Shown: positions 7,771-15,148 of the stretch, piece by piece
How positions within the stretch are numbered: the stretch's first letter is position 1
How the letters are laid out: the number at the start of each line of letters is the position of its first letter
From: Candidatus Nanohalarchaeota archaeon
Lineage (GTDB): Archaea > EX4484-52
Length of the DNA stretch: 34,029 nucleotides
Reading direction: 5' to 3'
Assembly (NCBI GenBank): GCA_030632385.1
Contig: DAOVUW010000001.1
Coordinates: 1 to 34,029 of the forward strand
Made by a program: the position numbers and the translations under genes
Notes under the pieces: model-generated
Seen by the model: only the letters and a program-made list of their open reading frames with translations
Databases searched by the model: none
What the model was told of the DNA's origin: nothing

Positions 7771-10770
7771 ATGTTTGGATATATAGGAAAAATATTAATA
7801 GTTGATTTAACTACAGGAAAAACAGATGAAAAAACACTAGATCCAGAATTATTGTCTAAATATATTGGTGGAAGAGGATTGACTACAAAAATTCTTTATG
7901 ATGAATTAAAGCCGGGAATTGATGCGCTTTCAGAGGAAAATATTATGGTCTTTATGACCGGTCCATTAACAGGACTTGCATGCTCTTCAGGAAGATTTTG
8001 CATTGCATCTAAATCTCCGCTTACCGGGACTATATTTGATTCACAGGTCGGCGGTACATTTGGCGTTGAACTCAAAAAAGGAGGATATGACGGAATAATT
8101 ATACTCGGAAAATCAAAAAAGCCGGTTTATCTTATGATTAACGATGGAAAAGCAGAATTAAAAGATGCTAAAAATCTATGGGGTAAAAACACAGGCGAAT
8201 GCACAGATTTAATATTAAATAAAGAAGGGAAAAATGTGAAAGTTTCATGCATTGGTCCTGCCGGAGAACATCTTGTAAGATATGCATGCATCATTACAGA
8301 GAAAGAAAGAGCTGCCGGACGAGGTGGTCTGGGAGCTGTAATGGGTTCAAAGAACTTAAAAGCTGTTGCTGTTAGGGGAACAGGAAAAATCATTCCTGCA
8401 AATGAATACGCATTTAGAAACGAAGATAGAAAATTTATGAAACTCTTAAGAGGTCATCCTGTTACAGGCGATGGATTTGGGCGTTTTGGAACATTAATAT
8501 TAATGAACCCAGTTAATAAGCAGGGTGTTTTGCCAGTAAATAACTTTCAGGAAGGTTATTCAGAATCAATAGAAAAACTGACCGGAGAAACAATGCAAAA
8601 ATATCTTGTAAAAAAAAGATCATGCGCTTTATGTCCCATTGCCTGCGGCAGAATTATTAAAGTAGGAAACACAACTACAAGCGGACCTGAATTCGAGAGT
8701 ACATGGGCATTGGGCGTCTTGACAGGATATTCTTCTGCTGAAAGTGTAGCACACTTAAATGAACTTTGCAATCAGTATGGATTGGATACTATTTCTACAG
8801 GAAACACAATGGGTTTTATCAAAGAATGTTTATCTAAATGTCTCATTGATGAAAAAATATCCTTTGATAATCACGAGGCACTTGCTAATTTAATAACTAA
8901 AATTGCATTTAGAGAAGGCATTGGTGATTTAATCGCAGAAGGAACAAAAAGAATTTCTTCAAAAATCGGGGGAAAAGAATTTGCAATCAATGTTAAAGGA
9001 TTGGAATTGCCTGCATATGATCCAAGGGGTACTAAAGGACAGGGACTTGCATATATTACAAGCAATAGAGGTGGTTGTCACACAAGAGCTTACATGATAC
9101 CACAAGAAGTACTTTCAATGCCAAGTTACTTGGATAATTTAGAAACGGACGGAAAGGCTAAAAAAGTAATAGATATTGAAAATATTTTTACTGTACTGGA
9201 TTCATTGATGAGATGCAAATTTACCTCACTGGCTGTCTTTAAAACATTCGATTATGAAGTTGAAGTCTACAGCAGACTACTGACAACAGCTACAGGATTT
9301 TATTTCTCACCGGAAGATTTCAAACAAGCAGGAGAAAGAATATGGAATCTAGAGAGATGCTTTAACAATAGAGAAGGATTTACAAAAGCAGATGATTCCT
9401 TGCCTAAAAGATTCTCCAAACCCATGATTGGAGGACCAGCAGACGGAGAAACAATTAACACAGAAAAAATGCTTGAAGATTATTATGATTTAAGAGGCTG
9501 GGATAGTGAAGGAATGCCGAGCGAAAGAAAATTAAAGGAATTGAGTTTGGATAAAATTAAAGTTCGGGAAATATGGCCTAAAAAAATAATCTCCTTAAAT
9601 TATGAATCTATTGATGAGGCTATTGCTACTGCAAAAAAAAAGGCAGGAATCGAAAACTGGATTGAAGCATCTTCGCCCTTGATCAAAAGTCAGGGCAATA
9701 ATGCAATATCTCAACTTAGATCAAATTTTCCAAACAACACGATCATTGCAGATTACAAAACAATGGATACAGGATATCTTGAAGTTACTATTGCCGCACA
9801 GGCAGGAGCCGATATCATAACAATATCAAGTCATGCGAGCAATAATACTATTGTAGATGCTGTTGGCGCAGCCGGAAAATACAGTGTGAAAATAATGATA
9901 GATTTATTTAGTTCAAATATAGACCGCGCAAAAGAACTTGAGTCTCTTGGTGTTAATTACATAAGAGTATTTGATGAAGAAAAAATAGAAGCAATATCCA
10001 ATGCAGTGACTATCCCTGTTGTTTCTTTAAAGACATCAAAATATGCTAAACTAATTACAGAGTCATATTATGATGAAAAAAAGGCACCTATAAAACGAAA
10101 GAACACACCGGAAAATGATGGAATATGGCCTAAACTCCAAGTAGCTTTAGATTTAGATAATCTTCCTGAAGCATTGAAACTTGCGCACGGAGCAAAAAAA
10201 GCAGAAGCAGACTGGCTGGAAGCAGGAACTCCATTGATAAAATACGCAGGTATGGAAGCTGTAAGAAAATTAAGAATACAACACCCCAAAAGCACTATTG
10301 TTGCTGATCTAAAGACATTATGCTATGGCTCAAAAGAAGTGGCAATTGCAGCAAGAGCAGGCGCAGATATAATTGGAATCTGCGGCGCATCTGAAGACAA
10401 AATTATTTTAGATGCTATTCAAACAGCAAAAGAATATAATGTACGAATAATGGCAGATTTAATATCCATTAAAGACCCTGTAAAACGGGCTAAAGAACTT
10501 GAAGATATGGGAGCAGACTATATTGAATTTCATATCTCTGTTGATGACCAAATGAGAAGCAGTGATGCAAAAATTCCTTTTCCTTTGGTAGAGCAAGTTT
10601 CTAAAGTTCTGACCATACCTATGGGTGTTGCAGGAGGCATGAGAGCAGATACAGCTCCATTGGCAATAAAATCCGGCGCAAAAGTAGCTGTTGTTGGCGG
10701 AGCAATAACAAGAGCCGCTAATCCTGAAAAAGCAAGTCTGTTACTCTTGAAGGCAATGGGAAGAAAGTGA
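7771..10770 (+). CDS. Fusion: aldehyde:ferredoxin oxidoreductase (AOR family, W/Mo-pterin, 4Fe-4S) plus two tandem 3-hexulose-6-phosphate synthase (HPS) domains
   Basis: AOR part (~7771-9560) has IGGRG, KSPLTG, IGPAGE, AAGRGGLGAVMGSKNLKA, CALCPIAC, GPEFES, YGLDTIS, PAYDPRG, RGGCH and YYDLRGWD. HPS-1 (from 9574) has WIEASSPLIK and ADYKTMDTG. HPS-2 (from 10126) has PKLQVALD, WLEAGTPLIK, ADLK, GVAGG and VVGGAIT. The frame is uninterrupted. Confidence 0.9.
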   Translation: MFGYIGKILIVDLTTGKTDEKTLDPELLSKYIGGRGLTTKILYDELKPGIDALSEENIMVFMTGPLTGLACSSGRFCIASKSPLTGTIFDSQVGGTFGVELKKGGYDGIIILGKSKKPVYLMINDGKAELKDAKNLWGKNTGECTDLILNKEGKNVKVSCIGPAGEHLVRYACIITEKERAAGRGGLGAVMGSKNLKAVAVRGTGKIIPANEYAFRNEDRKFMKLLRGHPVTGDGFGRFGTLILMNPVNKQGVLPVNNFQEGYSESIEKLTGETMQKYLVKKRSCALCPIACGRIIKVGNTTTSGPEFESTWALGVLTGYSSAESVAHLNELCNQYGLDTISTGNTMGFIKECLSKCLIDEKISFDNHEALANLITKIAFREGIGDLIAEGTKRISSKIGGKEFAINVKGLELPAYDPRGTKGQGLAYITSNRGGCHTRAYMIPQEVLSMPSYLDNLETDGKAKKVIDIENIFTVLDSLMRCKFTSLAVFKTFDYEVEVYSRLLTTATGFYFSPEDFKQAGERIWNLERCFNNREGFTKADDSLPKRFSKPMIGGPADGETINTEKMLEDYYDLRGWDSEGMPSERKLKELSLDKIKVREIWPKKIISLNYESIDEAIATAKKKAGIENWIEASSPLIKSQGNNAISQLRSNFPNNTIIADYKTMDTGYLEVTIAAQAGADIITISSHASNNTIVDAVGAAGKYSVKIMIDLFSSNIDRAKELESLGVNYIRVFDEEKIEAISNAVTIPVVSLKTSKYAKLITESYYDEKKAPIKRKNTPENDGIWPKLQVALDLDNLPEALKLAHGAKKAEADWLEAGTPLIKYAGMEAVRKLRIQHPKSTIVADLKTLCYGSKEVAIAARAGADIIGICGASEDKIILDAIQTAKEYNVRIMADLISIKDPVKRAKELEDMGADYIEFHISVDDQMRSSDAKIPFPLVEQVSKVLTIPMGVAGGMRADTAPLAIKSGAKVAVVGGAITRAANPEKASLLLLKAMGRK
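10567..10768 (+). repeat. Copy 1 of a ~200-bp direct repeat (3' end of the AOR-HPS gene)
   Basis: Aligns base by base with 12434-12630. Confidence 0.92.
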
Positions 10771-11078
10771 ATTTTGCGTACACTAAAAAGGATAATTAGC
10801 CTTGAAAATCTGAATAGTAAGATAAGGATTTTCAAGATTTTCTTTGTAATTTTTTTAAGAAAATGAGGGATTTTAAAATTAATTTGAACTTTAGAACCTT
10901 AAAAAATAATAACTACTTTTCTTATTTCTCCAAATAGTATCACTCAATTAATGTCTCTCTCCGACAGCATCAAAACAACCCACCCACATCCACAATCAGT
11001 TTCATACTTTCCACAATTCACCAGCCCTACACATCCCCAATAAACGTAGATTTATAACTAAGACAAATTTAAACTATA

Positions 11079-12380
11079 ATGGAGAATAAAATATCATTTA
11101 AAGATTTGAATTTAATACCACCGCTCGAAAGAGCACTAACTAAACAAAAGTATACCGTTCCTACCCCCATACAATCAAAATCCATCCCTGGTCTATTACA
11201 AGGTGAAGATTTGATTGGTATCGCACAAACAGGTACTGGTAAAACAGCAGCATTCATATTGCCAATATTGCAAAGGATGAGAGAGAAATATCCCAGAAAA
11301 ATTAAGACTTTGGTAATTACCCCTACCAGAGAACTTGCTGCACAAATTGGAGAAAGTTTTTCTGCATACGGCGAGTTTCTTAAATTTAAGCACACTGTAA
11401 TTTTTGGTGGAGTTGGTCAGGGGAAACAAGTCCGGGTCTTATCCAGCGGCGTAGATATTCTTGTTGCAACCCCAGGCAGATTACTGGATTTAATGAATCA
11501 AGGAATAATTAATCTAAAGGATGTAGAATTTTTTGTATTGGATGAAGCAGACAGAATGCTGGACATGGGATTCATTAATGATGTAAAGAAAATAATCTCA
11601 AAATTACCTCTTAAAAGACAATCCCTGTTTTTCTCAGCAACAATGTCTCCTGAGATTAATAAACTTGCAAAAACTCTACTTAAAAATCCTATTCATGTTG
11701 AAGTTACACCTCAGGCAACTACAGTTGAGCGCATAAAACAATGTATCTTTTTTGTAGACCCATCTGCAAAAGAAAAATTATTATTTGAACTTCTAAAACA
11801 GGAACATCTTACAAGTGTTTTGGTTTTCACCCGAACAAAACATAAGGCAAATAAATTAGCATCATTTCTTAGTAAAAATAATATATCTGCTGATGCAATT
11901 CATGGAAATAAATCACAAAACGCAAGAACTAAGGCAATTAGCGATTTTAAAACAGGCAAAACCAAAGTATTGGTAGCAACAGACATTGCTGCGCGAGGAA
12001 TAGACATTGAGAATATTTCGCATGTTATAAATTTCGAACTTCCGAACGAACCAGAAAGCTATGTTCACAGAATTGGGAGGACTGCCCGAGCCGGGGCTGA
12101 TGGAACAGCCTATTCATTTTGTGCAGCAGAAGAAAGGAATTATCTTAGAGATATTGAAAGATTAATAAAACAAAAAATTGAAGTTAATAATCATACCTTT
12201 CATTCAGAAATTGCTCAAAACGCAGTAGGTGCAGCAGCCAAACCTGCACCAAAAAATAAAAGACAATTTTCTAGAAATGCCAAATATGGTGATGGACCTA
12301 AAAACACACAAAAAAATAAAAAACCATTTTCTAAGAATGTTAAATCAGGGAATAGACCTAAACGCAGTTTTAGAAGATGA
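11079..12380 (+). CDS. rhlE: DEAD-box ATP-dependent RNA helicase (RhlE-like, bacterial type)
   Basis: Q motif [58 protein letters not shown] and a basic tail. Confidence 0.93.
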   Translation: MENKISFKDLNLIPPLERALTKQKYTVPTPIQSKSIPGLLQGEDLIGIAQTGTGKTAAFILPILQRMREKYPRKIKTLVITPTRELAAQIGESFSAYGEFLKFKHTVIFGGVGQGKQVRVLSSGVDILVATPGRLLDLMNQGIINLKDVEFFVLDEADRMLDMGFINDVKKIISKLPLKRQSLFFSATMSPEINKLAKTLLKNPIHVEVTPQATTVERIKQCIFFVDPSAKEKLLFELLKQEHLTSVLVFTRTKHKANKLASFLSKNNISADAIHGNKSQNARTKAISDFKTGKTKVLVATDIAARGIDIENISHVINFELPNEPESYVHRIGRTARAGADGTAYSFCAAEERNYLRDIERLIKQKIEVNNHTFHSEIAQNAVGAAAKPAPKNKRQFSRNAKYGDGPKNTQKNKKPFSKNVKSGNRPKRSFRR

Positions 12381-12433
12381 TTAATAAATAATATTATTCT
12401 TGCTGTGCCATCCTAACTTCGACAAATTTGAAA

Positions 12434-12630
12434 GCAATAATTCCTTTTCCTTTGGTAGAGCAAGTTTTTAAAGTTCTGACTATACCCACGGGTGTTGCAG
12501 GAGGCATGAGAGCAGATACCGCTCCATTGGCAATAAAATCCGGCACAAAAGTAGCTGTTGTCGGCGGAGCAATAACAAGAGCAGCCAATCCCGACAAGCC
12601 TCTTGCTCTTGAAGGCTATGGGGAGAAAGT
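12434..12630 (+). pseudogene. Copy 2: orphan 3' fragment of the HPS domain, with a small deletion/frameshift near its end
   Basis: Translates IPFPLVEQVFKVLTIPTGVAGGMRADTAPLAIKSGTKVAVVGGAITRAANPD versus the same segment at the end of the fusion protein. It has no 5' portion and is about 5 nt shorter. Confidence 0.85.
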
Positions 12631-12749
12631 AGTTGCTTTATTTGTAATAAATCTCTTCTGCCTAAAAAATATCTTAACTATTTTAGACAAAGCATTTCAG
12701 ATAAATTTAAAAACGCAAAATTTAGTTATTTATTAGAATAATAACTAAT

Positions 12750-13784
12750 ATGAAAACTAATCTGACAAAACATGATGTTTCTATCATAATGATATTTGTC
12801 CTGTTATTGATTATAGGAAATGCTTTTATTTATTTGAAAGCCAGCGACAATAGTGAAATTTTAACAATGGATGAGAAAAATGATGAAATGAATGCTTATG
12901 TAGATAAATTGTATACAGATGCTGCAAATAATATAAAACGCATAAATAATGCCGATATAAAATCATGGACATTATATACAAACAAAGAACGTGGATTCTC
13001 TTTTAGATATCCTTCATATTACGATAAGTTTATAGTACCACAATCCGCTTATAGTGGTGAGGACAGAATTGACTTGACAATTACTCTTTCAGCATATAAT
13101 GATGAATTTACAGGAAGAATTATGATTATAGTTCATGATAAGCATTTGGATACTGTAAAATGGGAAATGAAAGATAAAGTAGAATCTTTTGAGGACATTG
13201 CTGTTGCAAAAGTAACTGGGAAAAAAGGAATAGTAAAATCAGAAAACATGGCGTACTCTTTTGTACTCTTTGAAAAGAACAGTAAAACTTATTCTATTAT
13301 TGCTGAAGATAATGAAGTCCTTGAAAAGATATGCAGTAGTTTTACTTTTCAAAACGATGATAGCACCACTGCACAGACAAATGAAATAGAAACAACTTCT
13401 GATTCATTGAAAACATATAAAAACGAAGAGTATAAATTTATGTTAGAATATCCTTCTTATCTTGAAAAATTCATAACTCCCATTACAAATGACGCTCCGG
13501 ATGGAGTTGAATTAATAGTTCTCTTCTCTTCTTTAGGTGATGAATCTTTTGAACCAATAGCTGTAATAATCTATAATCAAAGTGTTGAAGAGATAACAGA
13601 TGCTATAGGTGTTGACATAGAAGATACTACCATTAATGGATTGCCTGCTAAAAAAGGAGTGCGTCAGCAAAACGGAGAACTACAGGCAACTGTAATTTTT
13701 GAGAAAAACAGCAAAGTGTATGTTCTCATTGGAAAAGAAAATAAAGAGTTTAAAACAATATTAAATAGTTTTATCATGCTGTAA
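12750..13784 (+). CDS. Membrane-anchored extracellular protein with two tandem PsbP-like domains
   Basis: N-terminal TM helix, then an internal repeat: WTLYTNKERGFSFRYPSY...KKG...FEKNSKTY...ICSSFTF versus LKTYKNEEYKFMLEYPSY...KKG...FEKNSKVY...ILNSFIML. Confidence 0.7.
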   Translation: MKTNLTKHDVSIIMIFVLLLIIGNAFIYLKASDNSEILTMDEKNDEMNAYVDKLYTDAANNIKRINNADIKSWTLYTNKERGFSFRYPSYYDKFIVPQSAYSGEDRIDLTITLSAYNDEFTGRIMIIVHDKHLDTVKWEMKDKVESFEDIAVAKVTGKKGIVKSENMAYSFVLFEKNSKTYSIIAEDNEVLEKICSSFTFQNDDSTTAQTNEIETTSDSLKTYKNEEYKFMLEYPSYLEKFITPITNDAPDGVELIVLFSSLGDESFEPIAVIIYNQSVEEITDAIGVDIEDTTINGLPAKKGVRQQNGELQATVIFEKNSKVYVLIGKENKEFKTILNSFIML

Positions 13785-13793
13785 TAATTGATT

Positions 13794-14933
13794 ATGAATC
13801 GAACATTATTGAAGTGGTTATGCCTTATTTTCGTGATTAATTTAATTGGAATTTATTGTGTTTTCTACTACAATCCGAGTTATTCTATTTTAGATATAGG
13901 GAGTGAAAGTTGCGTTCCTATTACCTGGAACTCTGAAGGAGAAAAGATTGCGTTTTTAAAGAACTTTGACGGATTTATTAAAGCTAGAGTTTACGATTTT
14001 CAAAACAAAAAGTTTAAGGATTATCCTGTAAATTCTTTAAGCGAAGTAAGTTTTAGAGACAATATTGTTTTTTCGCCGGACGCTAAAAAAATAGTTTACA
14101 TAACTAGAATAGGAAACGATAGAATTGTATCTTTATTAAATCTTGATAGCAGTACTGTATCTACTCTGGAAGATATATTGATTTATTCAAATTTATCAAC
14201 AACTTCTACAGGACGACCCATAAAAACTGTTTTTTGGTTAGATAATGACAGATTAATATATGAAAACAAAATTTCATTTAAACGAAATGGCATAATCATA
14301 GTTGATTTAAAGACAGGAGAAGAATTGCTATTTATAAAAAATGGGCTTCAACCATCTTTGTCTAATGACAAGACAAAAATAGCATATATCGTAATGGCAG
14401 AAGGAGGGATAAAATTTAATGTAAAAGTATTGAATTTGTTGTCCAATAAAACAATAACATTGGCAGAAAATGTTGAAACTTATTTGCATAGTATCAGATG
14501 GTCTCCAACAGATGCACACATAGCCATAGGGTATTCACAAGTTTATAAAATACCAGATAAAGCGAATATTGTTGGAGACAAAATTGCTATTATTGATATG
14601 GATAAGAATTTTTCTCTAGTTAGCGGAAGTAAATTATTGGCCTCGCCGGAATGGATAGATGAAAATAATATTTTAATGGCAGAATATAAAACATCCGGAA
14701 TTGTGCTACAGTCAAAAACAATAAAGGGATTGTATCTTTACAATATTAAAACAAGGGATTATAAAAAAATTTCATCAAAAATAAGATCTCTTAATTACTA
14801 TATTTCGCCTGATAGAAAAACACTGGTTTCGAGTTTGGGAACAAGAGGTTTTTTTGTTTTAAATTTAGAAAGATTGCTTTATCCAACCAAAATTGATAAA
14901 CTAAGAACAAAACTTGGAATTGTTAATCCATGA
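13794..14933 (+). CDS. Membrane-anchored TolB/WD40-like beta-propeller protein
   Basis: N-terminal TM and repeated PD40-like blades (WNSEGEKIAF, FSPDAKKIVY, LSNDKTKIAY, WSPTDAHIA, ISPDRKTLV). Confidence 0.75.
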   Translation: MNRTLLKWLCLIFVINLIGIYCVFYYNPSYSILDIGSESCVPITWNSEGEKIAFLKNFDGFIKARVYDFQNKKFKDYPVNSLSEVSFRDNIVFSPDAKKIVYITRIGNDRIVSLLNLDSSTVSTLEDILIYSNLSTTSTGRPIKTVFWLDNDRLIYENKISFKRNGIIIVDLKTGEELLFIKNGLQPSLSNDKTKIAYIVMAEGGIKFNVKVLNLLSNKTITLAENVETYLHSIRWSPTDAHIAIGYSQVYKIPDKANIVGDKIAIIDMDKNFSLVSGSKLLASPEWIDENNILMAEYKTSGIVLQSKTIKGLYLYNIKTRDYKKISSKIRSLNYYISPDRKTLVSSLGTRGFFVLNLERLLYPTKIDKLRTKLGIVNP

Positions 14934-15148
14934 TAAAAATAAAAAGATTCAATTCTAAAAAAAATATGAGTACAGGTTTACGCGGATTCCTAAAAGACAT
15001 AATCATATTTTATCTTTGCTTTAAAATTTTCATGATGTGGATATTTGAAGCGCCGTTTACAAATGAAATAGGCTATGCTGCATTAGTTTTGTTTGTAATC
15101 GCCACTTGGTTTATGCTTGAAAGATTTGGATTTCTGCCGAGATTGTAA
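14930..15148 (+). CDS. Small two-TM hypothetical membrane protein
   Basis: 72-aa ORF with ATGA overlap to the upstream stop and two hydrophobic helices. Confidence 0.55.
   Translation: MIKIKRFNSKKNMSTGLRGFLKDIIIFYLCFKIFMMWIFEAPFTNEIGYAALVLFVIATWFMLERFGFLPRL

Noticed and set aside
10920..11045. C/A-skewed tract before the helicase, possibly a minus-strand gene remnant
   Set aside because: Translations are short and interrupted, and match no family I recognise.
12428..12736. 102-aa ORF as a real small HPS gene
   Set aside because: It covers only the last two strands of the barrel, has a TTG start and shifts into unrelated sequence. It is explained as the stranded duplicate.
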